Source: Clostridia bacterium (lineage in GTDB: Bacteria; Bacillota; Clostridia; Christensenellales; CAG-138). Taken from it: DNA of 64,000 nucleotides. Each line of letters begins with the position of its first letter. The first letter of the stretch is position 1. Positions 1 through 9,867 of this stretch are shown here, one piece after another. The translations under genes and the position numbers were made by a program. The stretch is from contig JAUNBP010000001.1 of the NCBI GenBank assembly GCA_030526995.1, positions 28,963-92,962 on the forward strand. Reading direction: 5' to 3'. The notes under the pieces were generated by a model. It was not told the origin of the DNA. It saw nothing but the letters and a program-made list of their open reading frames with translations, and ran no database searches.

Positions 1-51
1 CAGAATAAGCCCGAATATCGCCCGATGATTTACGATATAGTAAGGGAATAG

Positions 52-2595
52 ATGAAACAGCTCATTGCCATCGACGGATACAGCCTGATGTACAGGGCTC
101 ACTATGCGCTTGCGGATATGACCACAAGGAACGGTGAGCCTACGGGCGCATTGCACGGCTTTTGCGCCATGCTCTTAAAGCTCATAGAGCGCAAGCCGGA
201 TTATATCGTCGTGGCGTTCGACACCCATGGCGCAACCTTTCGGCACGAGAGGTATGCGGACTACAAGGCGGGAAGAAAGCCCATGCCCGAGGAGCTCAGA
301 ACGCAGATTCCAAAGATTAAGGAGCTGCTTTCAATCATGGGAATCAAGATTTGCGAGCTGGCGGGCTATGAGGCGGACGATATTCTCGGAACCATAGCGG
401 GCCTGTGCGAGGAGCAGGGCATTGAAACGCTGCTCGTGACCGGCGATAGAGACGTTTTGCAGCTGATTACCGACAGAACGCAGGTGCTCTTGACCAAGAG
501 GGGCATCACCGACACGGTTCTGTTCGATAAGGCAGCGTTAAACGAAAAGTACGGGCTGACCCCTGCACAGATGATAGACTTAAAGGCACTCATGGGCGAC
601 TCCTCCGACAACATCCCGGGCGTTGCTGGCGTGGGCGAAAAGACCGCACAAAAGCTCATCACTCAGTACGGTTCGCTCGAAGGCGTATATTCGCACATGG
701 ATGAGATTACGGGCAAGCTGCACGAGCGGCTAAAGGAGCATAAGGCGGAGGCGGAGCTTAGCTATTGGCTCGGCAAAATCGACAATAAAACCCCGCTTGC
801 TCTTAAAATCTCCGACTGCCTGTTCGACCCTCAAGCTATGTCAAAGGCGAGACCCCGCCTTCTCGAGCTCGAGCTTAGAAGCATAGCCTCCAAGCTCCCC
901 GAGTCCGAAAAAATCGAGGCGGAAAAGGCACAGACGGAACGAAAACTTATAGAGATAAACGAGCTTTCGGAGCTAAAGCTGCTCGTAGAGCAGAACGCAG
1001 CTGCAAAAGCCATTGCAATATTGATAAGCGACAGGGTGTTCTTTGCCTTTAACGACGAGGTTGGCTATCTTCTAACCTCGGGCGAAACGCTTTTCGACAC
1101 CCAATTCGATATCGAAACCGTATTACGAGAGCTTTTGCCCATACTGTCCAAGGCTCGAATTTTGACCTACGACGGCAAGAACATCCTTCATGCCTGTTCG
1201 GGCATAGAGCTAAAGATTGACTTCGATGCGATGATAGCCGACTACCTGCTCCATTCAAACCGTCCGAGCAGCAGCGTAAAAACGCTGTTCCAAGACGTAT
1301 TGGGTACTGAGCAGGTAAATGCAGCCTGCCTGTTCGATATGGAGCGGGAGCTTATCGGCGGGCTTGAAAAGGCGGGCCTGATATCGCTCTATAAGGACAT
1401 GGAGCTGCCCCTGATGTACATACTGTATCGGATGGAGAGGCAGGGGGTTCACATCGACGTTTCGGTGCTGTCCGAGCTTCACGAAGCCTTCACCAAGAAG
1501 CTGGAAGGCCTGTCCTCGCAAATATTTGAGCTTGCAGGGGAGAGGTTCAACATACTCTCCACAAAGCAGCTTGCGCACATCCTGTTCGACAAGCTCAAGC
1601 TCCCCCCGCAAAGAAAGACCAAGAGCGGGTACTCCACGGATTCCGACGTGTTGGAAGCCCTGCTCGGTATGCATGAGATAGTCCAACCCGTGCTGGATTA
1701 CCGCTTTTACAGCAAGCTCGACAGCACCTTTGTTGACGGCTTGGAAAAGTGCATCAAAAAGGACGGAAAGATTCACACGCATTACCAACAATGCGTTACG
1801 GCAACCGGAAGGCTGTCAAGCACCGACCCCAACCTGCAAAACATCCCCGTAAAGACCGGCGAGGGCAGGGAGATAAGAAAGGCGTTCGTCCCCAATAAGG
1901 GGAACGTGCTTATCGGTGCGGACTACTCCCAGATTGAGCTGCGGCTGCTTGCGCATATCAGTGGCGATGAGGGCCTCATCCGCTCCTTCCAAAACAACGA
2001 GGACATCCACAAAAGAACCGCCTCCGAGGTGTTCCACGTCCCGTTTGAGGAGGTTTCTTCGGAGCAGCGCAGTGCGGCAAAGGCGGTGAATTTCGGAATA
2101 ATCTACGGGATAAGCGACTTCGGACTTGCCAAAAACCTCGGCATCCCCGTAAAGCAGGCGGGGCAGTACATAGGCCGCTACCTCGATATGTACCCGCAGG
2201 TTAAACAATACATGGGCAGGGCGGTTGAAAAGGCAAAGGACTGCGGCTACGCCTCCACGATATTCGGGAGGATAAGACCCATCCCCGAACTCAGACACAG
2301 CAACTACAACATCCGCTCCTTCGGTGAGCGCATAGCCATGAACATGCCTATTCAGGGCAGCGCAGCGGATATAATGAAGCTGTCCATGATAAAGGTCAGC
2401 GAGCGCATGAGGGCGGAACGGCTCGAGGCGAGGCTGATTTTACAGGTGCACGACGAATTGATAGTGGATTGCCCGCTCAACGAGGCGCAGACGGTGGCAA
2501 AAATCCTCACCGAATGCATGGAAAACGCCTATACTTTGAGCGTGCCGCTTATCGCAGAGGCGAAGATTGGCTCAAACTGGTACGAGATGAAATGA
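52..2595 (+). CDS. polA: DNA polymerase I
   Basis: N-terminal 5'-3' exonuclease (IDGYSLMYRA, GDSSDNIPGV) and Pol A motifs (TATGRLSS, ADYSQIELR, QVHDEL). Confidence 0.98.
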   Translation: MKQLIAIDGYSLMYRAHYALADMTTRNGEPTGALHGFCAMLLKLIERKPDYIVVAFDTHGATFRHERYADYKAGRKPMPEELRTQIPKIKELLSIMGIKICELAGYEADDILGTIAGLCEEQGIETLLVTGDRDVLQLITDRTQVLLTKRGITDTVLFDKAALNEKYGLTPAQMIDLKALMGDSSDNIPGVAGVGEKTAQKLITQYGSLEGVYSHMDEITGKLHERLKEHKAEAELSYWLGKIDNKTPLALKISDCLFDPQAMSKARPRLLELELRSIASKLPESEKIEAEKAQTERKLIEINELSELKLLVEQNAAAKAIAILISDRVFFAFNDEVGYLLTSGETLFDTQFDIETVLRELLPILSKARILTYDGKNILHACSGIELKIDFDAMIADYLLHSNRPSSSVKTLFQDVLGTEQVNAACLFDMERELIGGLEKAGLISLYKDMELPLMYILYRMERQGVHIDVSVLSELHEAFTKKLEGLSSQIFELAGERFNILSTKQLAHILFDKLKLPPQRKTKSGYSTDSDVLEALLGMHEIVQPVLDYRFYSKLDSTFVDGLEKCIKKDGKIHTHYQQCVTATGRLSSTDPNLQNIPVKTGEGREIRKAFVPNKGNVLIGADYSQIELRLLAHISGDEGLIRSFQNNEDIHKRTASEVFHVPFEEVSSEQRSAAKAVNFGIIYGISDFGLAKNLGIPVKQAGQYIGRYLDMYPQVKQYMGRAVEKAKDCGYASTIFGRIRPIPELRHSNYNIRSFGERIAMNMPIQGSAADIMKLSMIKVSERMRAERLEARLILQVHDELIVDCPLNEAQTVAKILTECMENAYTLSVPLIAEAKIGSNWYEMK

Positions 2596-3188
2596 AACGG
2601 CAGGTAATAGGCATTACAGGGGGCATAGGCAGCGGCAAGAGTACCGCAGCGGAGAGGCTTCGGCTCTTAGGAGCAACGGTGCTCAATGCGGACGAGACCG
2701 TCACCGAGCTTTACGAGGGCTCCGAGCCGCTGAAAATTGAGCTTGTAAAGGCGTTTGGCAAGGAGGCGGTCATAGAGGGCGGCGTCAACAGGGGTTTTAT
2801 CTCAAGGCTCGTGTTCGAGGATGAACTCAACCTAAAGAGGCTTAACTCCATAGTGCATCCCCTCGTTCAAAAGCGCATGGAGGAAAGGACGGCGGAGGCG
2901 CAAGGCGTTATAGTTTGGGACGTTCCGCTGCTGTTCGAGCTTGGAATGGATGCTTCCGTTGACGTAACGGTTGTGGTAGTTGCCGACAGGCAGGAGCGCA
3001 TCGGGCGGGTTATGAAGCGGAGCGGGCTGAGCTTTTGCGAGGTTGAAAAGCGCATAAGGGCGCAGCTGAGCGACTTTCAGCGCATAAGACTTGCCGATTA
3101 CGTATGCATAAACAACGGCGATAGGGAGAGCCTGTATCGCCAAATCGAAAGGATATACAGGGACATTAGGGGCAAAAACCAACTATGA
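2592..3188 (+). CDS. coaE: dephospho-CoA kinase
   Basis: GITGGIGSGKST P-loop; ATG at 2592 overlaps the polA stop; usual polA-coaE order. Confidence 0.95.
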   Translation: MKRQVIGITGGIGSGKSTAAERLRLLGATVLNADETVTELYEGSEPLKIELVKAFGKEAVIEGGVNRGFISRLVFEDELNLKRLNSIVHPLVQKRMEERTAEAQGVIVWDVPLLFELGMDASVDVTVVVVADRQERIGRVMKRSGLSFCEVEKRIRAQLSDFQRIRLADYVCINNGDRESLYRQIERIYRDIRGKNQL

Positions 3189-3757
3189 AGAAGAGAACAA
3201 CGGTAATAATTGTGGTTTGCATAGCTGTGATAATTGGGATGCTTGCGATATTATTCATCGCAGCCCCCGCAGTTATGAAAATGAGATACAAACTCGACTA
3301 CGAGGAAACGATTGCAGCCTGCGCCGAGGAGTTCGGGCTTGAACCCGCCATGGTCTGTGCGGTCATCCACACCGAGAGCAAGTTCAAAAGCGATGCCGTA
3401 AGTCATGCGGGCGCAGTAGGTTTAATGCAGATAATGCCTGCAACCGGCGCAGAGATTGCAGACGGACTATCCTTTGAGAACTTCGATGAGAGCGTCCTTC
3501 AAGACCCCAAGACCAACATCCGCTTCGGCTGCTACTATTTGTCACGGCTCATAGAAAGGTTCGACGGCAACATCAGGGTGGCGCTTGCCGCCTACAATGC
3601 AGGGCCCGCAAGGGCGGAGGAATGGGAGCGGCAGTACGGCTTGGACGAGGAGGGCGGCATCAAATACATTCCGTATCCGGAAACCGACAACTATGTAGGA
3701 AGGGTCATGCGGGCATACGACGTCTACGATATGCTCTATTCCGACAGATGGGATTGA
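3185..3757 (+). CDS. lytic transglycosylase (SLT domain) with N-terminal membrane anchor
   Basis: IHTESKF, GAVGLMQI, ALAAYNAG, ETDNYV motifs. Confidence 0.92.
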   Translation: MKKRTTVIIVVCIAVIIGMLAILFIAAPAVMKMRYKLDYEETIAACAEEFGLEPAMVCAVIHTESKFKSDAVSHAGAVGLMQIMPATGAEIADGLSFENFDESVLQDPKTNIRFGCYYLSRLIERFDGNIRVALAAYNAGPARAEEWERQYGLDEEGGIKYIPYPETDNYVGRVMRAYDVYDMLYSDRWD

Positions 3758-3761
3758 CGGT

Positions 3762-4262
3762 ATGATTGAACTGATTATTGCCGTAGCAGTGCTTGCAGCG
3801 GACATGATAACCAAGTATTTGGCAGCTACCTACTGGCTAACGCCCGTAACGCTGATTTCGGGCGTCGTTCAGCTTACATACGTTGAAAACGTCGGGGCTG
3901 CATGGGGAATGCTCGGCGGCGCAAGGCTGTTTTTCATCGTTATAACCGTGATATTCTGCGGGCTCATAATAGCAGCCTACGTTCGCAACCGCAATTCGAT
4001 GCTGCGATATTCAAAGGTGGTGCTGGCGCTTGTCTTCAGCGGAGCCTTGGGCAACCTCATCGACAGGATAATCTTCGGCTACGTCAGGGATATGATTCAG
4101 CCCCTGTTCATAGATTTTCCGGTTTTCAACATCGCAGACAGTGCGATAGTGATAGGAACTATACTATTGATTATCGAGGTTCTGTTTATGAAAAACAACC
4201 TCTTCCATGTGATTGAAGAGGACCTTAAAACTCTAAAAAGGAAAAAGAAAAAGGATGAGTGA
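3762..4262 (+). CDS. lspA: lipoprotein signal peptidase II
   Basis: NVGAAW, GALGNLIDR, VRD, FNIAD motifs. Confidence 0.96.
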   Translation: MIELIIAVAVLAADMITKYLAATYWLTPVTLISGVVQLTYVENVGAAWGMLGGARLFFIVITVIFCGLIIAAYVRNRNSMLRYSKVVLALVFSGALGNLIDRIIFGYVRDMIQPLFIDFPVFNIADSAIVIGTILLIIEVLFMKNNLFHVIEEDLKTLKRKKKKDE

Positions 4263-5187
4263 AAAGATTTCTCTGACCGTGTCACAAGGCGGAGAAAGGC
4301 TTGACAAGTACATATCCAATCACACGGACTTTTCCAGAGCTCGGGCGCAGACCCTGATATCTTGCGGCAGCGTTTGGGTAAACGGAAAAGAAGCCAAAAA
4401 GAACACCGTATTAAACCTCGGGGACATAATTTCAATCGAATATGAAGAGGAGACAGGCCCCGTCTTTGCTGCCGAGCAGATACCGCTCGATATAGTTTAC
4501 GAGGACGAGGATATTTGCGTCGTCAACAAGCCGCAGGGCATGGTAGTGCATCCCGCTGCGGGCAACTTCAGCGGCACGCTGGTAAACGCCCTCATGGCAC
4601 ACTTTGACAAGCTCTCGGACTTGGGCGGAACGGACAGGCCCGGGATAGTCCATAGGTTAGACAAGATGACGAGCGGGCTGTTGGTCATTGCAAAGAACAA
4701 TGCGGCGCACGAAAACCTTGCAAAGCAGTTTGCCCTGCACACCGCCAACAGGCGTTACTTGGCACTCGTCCACGGCAATCTCAAGCAGGATTTCGGCACC
4801 GTATCCGCCAACATAGGCAGGCATCCCAACGACAGAACGAGGATGGCAGTAACCTTGGAAGGCAAGGAGGCAACAACGCATTGGAGGGTCTTGGAGCGGT
4901 TCGGCTCAATAACCCTGCTCGAACTCAGGCTCGAAACCGGAAGGACGCATCAAATCCGAGTGCACATGGCGCACATAAAGCATCCCGTTCTCGGGGATGA
5001 GGTCTATTCGGGCAGCGACAAGCGCTCCCGACTTAAGGGACAGATCCTGCATGGCTACCGCTTGGAGCTCGACCACCCCGTCACGGGTCAAAAATGCGTG
5101 TTCCTCTCCCCGATACCCGATTACTTCCAACAGGAGCTTATGAGGCTCAATTCAACCTTTTCGTGGAAGGAGGAGATAGGGCTGTGA
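4255..5187 (+). CDS. RluA/RluD-family pseudouridine synthase
   Basis: S4 domain, VNKPQGMVVHP, HRLDKMTSG, TGRTHQIRVH. Confidence 0.95.
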   Translation: MSEKISLTVSQGGERLDKYISNHTDFSRARAQTLISCGSVWVNGKEAKKNTVLNLGDIISIEYEEETGPVFAAEQIPLDIVYEDEDICVVNKPQGMVVHPAAGNFSGTLVNALMAHFDKLSDLGGTDRPGIVHRLDKMTSGLLVIAKNNAAHENLAKQFALHTANRRYLALVHGNLKQDFGTVSANIGRHPNDRTRMAVTLEGKEATTHWRVLERFGSITLLELRLETGRTHQIRVHMAHIKHPVLGDEVYSGSDKRSRLKGQILHGYRLELDHPVTGQKCVFLSPIPDYFQQELMRLNSTFSWKEEIGL

Positions 5188-6902
5188 AACGAATTATAGG
5201 GTTTATTTTGGCAGCGCTCATGCTGCTTACAACCTTTGCAGGCTGCAAGGAGGAGCAGGTGACGGAGGCCAACCCCACGGCTTCCCCCGCACCTGTGGCA
5301 ACGACCGCTGCAACACCTACGGCGGAGGTTGAAACGGATGCGGAGCAGGAGTTTTTAACGCTCGATAGGGAGGTGTTTGCGTGGCTTACAACGAGCAGCT
5401 ACCGATACTATGGCTATATCGACGCAGGCGAGGGTGAAATTTCTAAGCCCACAACGCTTGGCAGCTATTCAAACGCAAATGCCCTCGATAATCTCACCGC
5501 CTGTCGGGGCTTTTTGACACGGCTCGAGGGCATGGACAAGTTGCAGCTCAGTCTTGAGCTTCAATACGCCTATGATGTCATGCAAAGATACCTCTCCAAC
5601 GAGTGCGACAGCTTGCAGCATTTTGAGATGTACGAGCCGTTCTTCCCGTTCTTTGGGGAGCATCAGGGGCTTTGCCAATTTTTCATAACCTATCCATTGA
5701 CCGATGGGGAGGACGTTGAGGCCTATCTTGCCCTGCTTGCAGACCTTCCGAGGTATGCAAACCAGCTTATTTCGCACGAGGAGGAGCGCTGCAACAGCGG
5801 TACCTTTATGACCGAATACGCCCTAAATCAAGTGCTTGACGAGCTGTATATGCTTTTGGACGGGAGCTTTGTTTCCGCAGCCTTTATATCCAAGCTCAAC
5901 GACCTGCATTCCTTGGACGAGGACACCCGCGAAAGTTTCATCTCCCGCCACGACGAGCTGATTGAAAACAGCTATTGCACAGCCTACAACGCCATGTACG
6001 AGAGCCTTCTTCAAATGCAGCCCTACTGCAGAGAGCCTTTGGGACTTTCTGCAGCCTTTGGCAGGGAGGGGGTTTCGTATTATGAAAGCCTGATGAAGAA
6101 CAACGCCGCCTCGAACATAGCTGTCGATGAGGCAAGGGAGCTTGTTGAGCTTAGGATAGACGATACGATGCTGCTGATTGCGATACTCTACGAGCTGGAT
6201 TCGGAGATTTTTTCAATCTCGATTGACACCGAGGTTGCAACGACCTCTGAGGCGCTGGACTACATGCAGGGCTTGAGCCTGCCCTATCCCGTCCTTGAAG
6301 GCGTGGATTGCACCCCGCATTACGGTGCGCCAAACGGGATATCCATGCAGCTGTTTGGCAACCGTCTCATCGTTTTTGAGTCTCAACCTATCGACCTTTT
6401 CGACTTTGCTCGAACGGTCTATCCCAGGGAGCAGTATCTTTTTAAGTATCAGAATCAGGGCGAGGCCGGGAGCCTGTTTTTGAAGGTTGCGCCGATAAAC
6501 GGCTATTACGGCGGCTGGGCAATCGACGCCGAGGCTCATTTTGCCACCAATGCCGAGGGCTTTTATGAGGAGTATTGTCAGGCGCAGTTTGCAAATTCGC
6601 TCTTGGACCTGCTGCTTCTCGCCTCCTCCGATATGCTCGTCAACTACTACGGCTATGACGAGGAAAACCTTTACGGTTATTTACAGCAGTACTTCATGGA
6701 GGAGCTTGCGCACAGCTACTATGAAACCGTCGTTGCCATGCCCGGATATCACATCGGCTATGCAATAGGCTACTGTGAGCTTACAAACATGGCGCAAGCG
6801 AGCGGCATGGACGAGGCGGACTTCTACAAAAGCTACCTCGAGCTTGGCGCAGGCTATTACGACCTAATCCGAGACTATATTTTTCGGGATAACGATAAAT
6901 AA
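5184..6902 (+). CDS. DUF885-like lipoprotein (metal-binding motifs degenerate)
   Basis: GTG start after GGAGG; lipobox-like FAGC; DVEAYLALLADLPRY, GWA and PGYHIGYAIGY segments resemble DUF885. Confidence 0.65.
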   Translation: MKRIIGFILAALMLLTTFAGCKEEQVTEANPTASPAPVATTAATPTAEVETDAEQEFLTLDREVFAWLTTSSYRYYGYIDAGEGEISKPTTLGSYSNANALDNLTACRGFLTRLEGMDKLQLSLELQYAYDVMQRYLSNECDSLQHFEMYEPFFPFFGEHQGLCQFFITYPLTDGEDVEAYLALLADLPRYANQLISHEEERCNSGTFMTEYALNQVLDELYMLLDGSFVSAAFISKLNDLHSLDEDTRESFISRHDELIENSYCTAYNAMYESLLQMQPYCREPLGLSAAFGREGVSYYESLMKNNAASNIAVDEARELVELRIDDTMLLIAILYELDSEIFSISIDTEVATTSEALDYMQGLSLPYPVLEGVDCTPHYGAPNGISMQLFGNRLIVFESQPIDLFDFARTVYPREQYLFKYQNQGEAGSLFLKVAPINGYYGGWAIDAEAHFATNAEGFYEEYCQAQFANSLLDLLLLASSDMLVNYYGYDEENLYGYLQQYFMEELAHSYYETVVAMPGYHIGYAIGYCELTNMAQASGMDEADFYKSYLELGAGYYDLIRDYIFRDNDK

Positions 6903-6906
6903 CGTC

Positions 6907-7168
6907 TTGACAATTTTTGCGGTATGATATAACATATCGGAGACGTTGAAGAAGAGGAGTACGCATAAGTTCCTTAAAGAGAGAGGGCGAAAGGTGAGAG
7001 GCCCTCAGGAAAACGATGGCGGAAGGTCGCTTCGGAGTCGGCATTACGAAAGGAGTAGTTTTGCCCGCAGCAGCTGCGTTATAGCTTTGAGTGAGATGTT
7101 TTCATCTAACAAAGGTGGTACCGCGAACGCCCGTTTCGTCCTTTGACGGAACGGGCGCATTATATTTT
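6907..7168 (+). promoter_or_regulatory. sigmaA-type promoter and Val T-box riboswitch leader
   Basis: TTGACA at 6907; T-box AAGGTGGTACCGCG at 7112-7125; candidate specifier GTC (Val) at 7026-7028; terminator hairpin 7128-7158; lies upstream of valS. Confidence 0.9.
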
Positions 7169-7182
7169 TAGAGGTGAAAAAT

Positions 7183-9819
7183 ATGAAACAAGAGATGCCA
7201 AAGACCTATGACCACGCCATAGTGGAGAAGAAATGGTATAAGTGGTGGGAGGAATCGGGCTTTTTCAAGGCAAGGCCCAACCCCGACAAGCAGCGATACA
7301 GCATAGTGATGCCGCCCCCCAACATCACGGGAGTCTTGCACATGGGCCATGCGATTGACAACACCCTGCCGGATGCGATAATCCGCTACAAGCGCATGAA
7401 CGGCTTTGAAACCCTGTGGCTTCCGGGCACCGACCACGCTTCCATCGCCACCGAGGTTCGAATCGTCGAGCAGATGGCAAAGGAGGGCATTAAAAAGCAG
7501 GACATCGGGCGCGAGGCTTTTCTAAAGCGGGCTTGGGCTTGGCGCAACGAGTACGGGCGAACGATTACCAAGCAGCTAAGAATGTTGGGCTTTTCGTGCG
7601 ACTGGGAGCGGGAACGCTTCACTATGGACGAGGGCTGCAACCGTGCCGTGATAAAGGTGTTCAAGAGTCTGTATGACAAGGGCTTGATATACAGGGGCGA
7701 CAGGATAATAAACTGGTGCCCGAGGTGCAAGACCGCGCTGTCGGATGCCGAGGTAGAGTATCAGGAGCAGAACAGCCATCTTTGGCATATTCGCTACGAC
7801 GCCCCCGACAAGAGCTATTCGATAACCGTGGCAACGACGAGGCCCGAAACGATGCTGGGCGATACCGCCATAGCCGTGCATCCCGACGACCCGAGGTATA
7901 GGGACATCATAGGCAAGACCGTAATAATACCCGCCGTGGGCAGGGAGATTCCGATAGTTGCCGACGAGTATTGCGAAATGGAGTTCGGCACCGGTGCAGT
8001 CAAGATTACCCCGGGGCACGACCCAAACGACTTTGAGGTGGGAGCAAGGTGCAAGCTGCCTATCCTCTGCGTAATGACCGAGGACGGGCATATAAACGAG
8101 CTCGGCGGCAAGTATGCGGGCATGGACAGGTACGAGTGCAGAAAGCAGCTTTTAAGCGACCTTGAAAGCATAGGCAACCTCGTCAAGACCGAGGACTACA
8201 CCCACAACGTCGGAACCTGTTACCGCTGCCACACCACGATAGAGTCGATAGTCTCAAAGCAGTGGTTTGTGAGCATGAAGGAGCTTGCAAGGCCCGCCAT
8301 CGACGCCGTGAGAAACGGGGAAGTCAAGTTCGTGCCCGAAAGGTTTTCCAAGACCTACTTCAATTGGATGGAAAACATCCGAGACTGGTGCATCTCGCGT
8401 CAGCTCTGGTGGGGGCATAGGATTCCCGCCTATTACTGCGACGCCTGCGGGGAGATGACCGTATCCGAAACGCATTTGCAAACCTGCCCGCATTGCGGAA
8501 AGCCCGTGCGGCAGGACGAGGACGTTTTGGACACCTGGTTCAGTTCGGGAATGTGGCCGTTTTCAACCTTGGGCTATCCCGACAGCACCGAGGAGCTAAA
8601 ATACTTCTATCCCACCAACACCCTGGTAACGGGCTACGACATCATCTTCTTCTGGGTGGCAAGGATGATAGTGTTCGGCTACGAGGTCATGGGCGAAAGA
8701 CCCTTCGACCACGTGTACATCCACGGGCTTTTGCGGGATGCACAGGGCAGAAAGATGTCCAAGTCCTTAGGCAACGGTATAGACCCGATGGAGGAGATCT
8801 ACGAGTACGGAGCGGATGCGCTGAGGTTTTCGCTGGTCACGGGCAACTCCGCCGGCAACGATATGCGCTATTCGACCGACAAGATAGAGGCGGCGCGGAA
8901 CTTCTGCAACAAGATATATAACGCCGTGCGCTTTGTAATGATGAACATCGACGCCGACGCCTGCTGCAACATCGAAGCGGACAGGCTCACCCTTGCCGAC
9001 AGCTGGATACTCACAAGGCTTAACAGGATTATCGGTGAGGTGACCTCGAACATAGAGGCGTTTGAGCTCAACATAGCCGCACAGAAGGTCTACGACTTCT
9101 TCTGGTCGGAGCTTTGCGATTGGTACATCGAGCTTGCAAAGACCTCGCTGTACTCACAGAACGAACAAGCCAAGCGCAACACCTCGGCGGTGTTGGTGTA
9201 CGTCATCACAAACGCCCTAAAGCTCATGCACCCCTTCATGCCGTTCATCACCGAGGAGCTTTATCAGCAGCTTCCGAATGCGGAGCGAACGATAATGCTC
9301 TCCGCATGGCCCAAGCAGGATGAGAACCTGCTCTTTGAAAGCAGCGAGCAGGATATGGAGACCGTGATGGACATGATACGCTCTATAAGAAACCTTCGTG
9401 CCGAGCGCAGCGTGCCGCCGTCACAGAAGATAAGCGCAACCATAGTGTCGAAGAACACGGGGCTGTTTGAAAACACAAAGCCCTACTTCTCAAGGCTCTG
9501 CGGGCTTGACGGGCTGGAGGTAAGGGATGGTATGGGAGCTTCAAAACCGAGCGATATCCATTTGGTGTTCAACGGGGGCGAGGTGATAATCCCACTTGCG
9601 TCCCTTGTCGACCTTGCCGAGGAATGCGCAAGGCTGGATAAGGAGATAGCCGCAGCCGAGTTTGAGCGCAGCAGGGCTGAAAAGATGCTGAACAATGCGG
9701 GCTTTATGGCAAAGGCGCCGCAGGCGGTGGTCGAGGGCGAGCGCAAGAAGCTGCAAAACGCCCAAGAGCTGCTTGAAAAGCTCAAGCAGCGCAAGGTCGA
9801 ACTTCAAGCGGAAATGTAA
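7183..9819 (+). CDS. valS: valine--tRNA ligase
   Basis: PPPNITGVLHMGH, DWCISRQLWWGH, KMSKS, C-terminal coiled coil; ATG after GAGGTG. Confidence 0.98.
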   Translation: MKQEMPKTYDHAIVEKKWYKWWEESGFFKARPNPDKQRYSIVMPPPNITGVLHMGHAIDNTLPDAIIRYKRMNGFETLWLPGTDHASIATEVRIVEQMAKEGIKKQDIGREAFLKRAWAWRNEYGRTITKQLRMLGFSCDWERERFTMDEGCNRAVIKVFKSLYDKGLIYRGDRIINWCPRCKTALSDAEVEYQEQNSHLWHIRYDAPDKSYSITVATTRPETMLGDTAIAVHPDDPRYRDIIGKTVIIPAVGREIPIVADEYCEMEFGTGAVKITPGHDPNDFEVGARCKLPILCVMTEDGHINELGGKYAGMDRYECRKQLLSDLESIGNLVKTEDYTHNVGTCYRCHTTIESIVSKQWFVSMKELARPAIDAVRNGEVKFVPERFSKTYFNWMENIRDWCISRQLWWGHRIPAYYCDACGEMTVSETHLQTCPHCGKPVRQDEDVLDTWFSSGMWPFSTLGYPDSTEELKYFYPTNTLVTGYDIIFFWVARMIVFGYEVMGERPFDHVYIHGLLRDAQGRKMSKSLGNGIDPMEEIYEYGADALRFSLVTGNSAGNDMRYSTDKIEAARNFCNKIYNAVRFVMMNIDADACCNIEADRLTLADSWILTRLNRIIGEVTSNIEAFELNIAAQKVYDFFWSELCDWYIELAKTSLYSQNEQAKRNTSAVLVYVITNALKLMHPFMPFITEELYQQLPNAERTIMLSAWPKQDENLLFESSEQDMETVMDMIRSIRNLRAERSVPPSQKISATIVSKNTGLFENTKPYFSRLCGLDGLEVRDGMGASKPSDIHLVFNGGEVIIPLASLVDLAEECARLDKEIAAAEFERSRAEKMLNNAGFMAKAPQAVVEGERKKLQNAQELLEKLKQRKVELQAEM

Positions 9820-9825
9820 CCTGTT

Positions 9826-9856
9826 GCGGGGATGCGAGGACTGCTCACATCCCCGC
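9826..9856 (+). terminator. hairpin downstream of valS
   Basis: GCGGGGATG...CATCCCCGC inverted repeat; U-tract is weak. Confidence 0.5.
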
Positions 9857-9867
9857 CTTATATCGAG

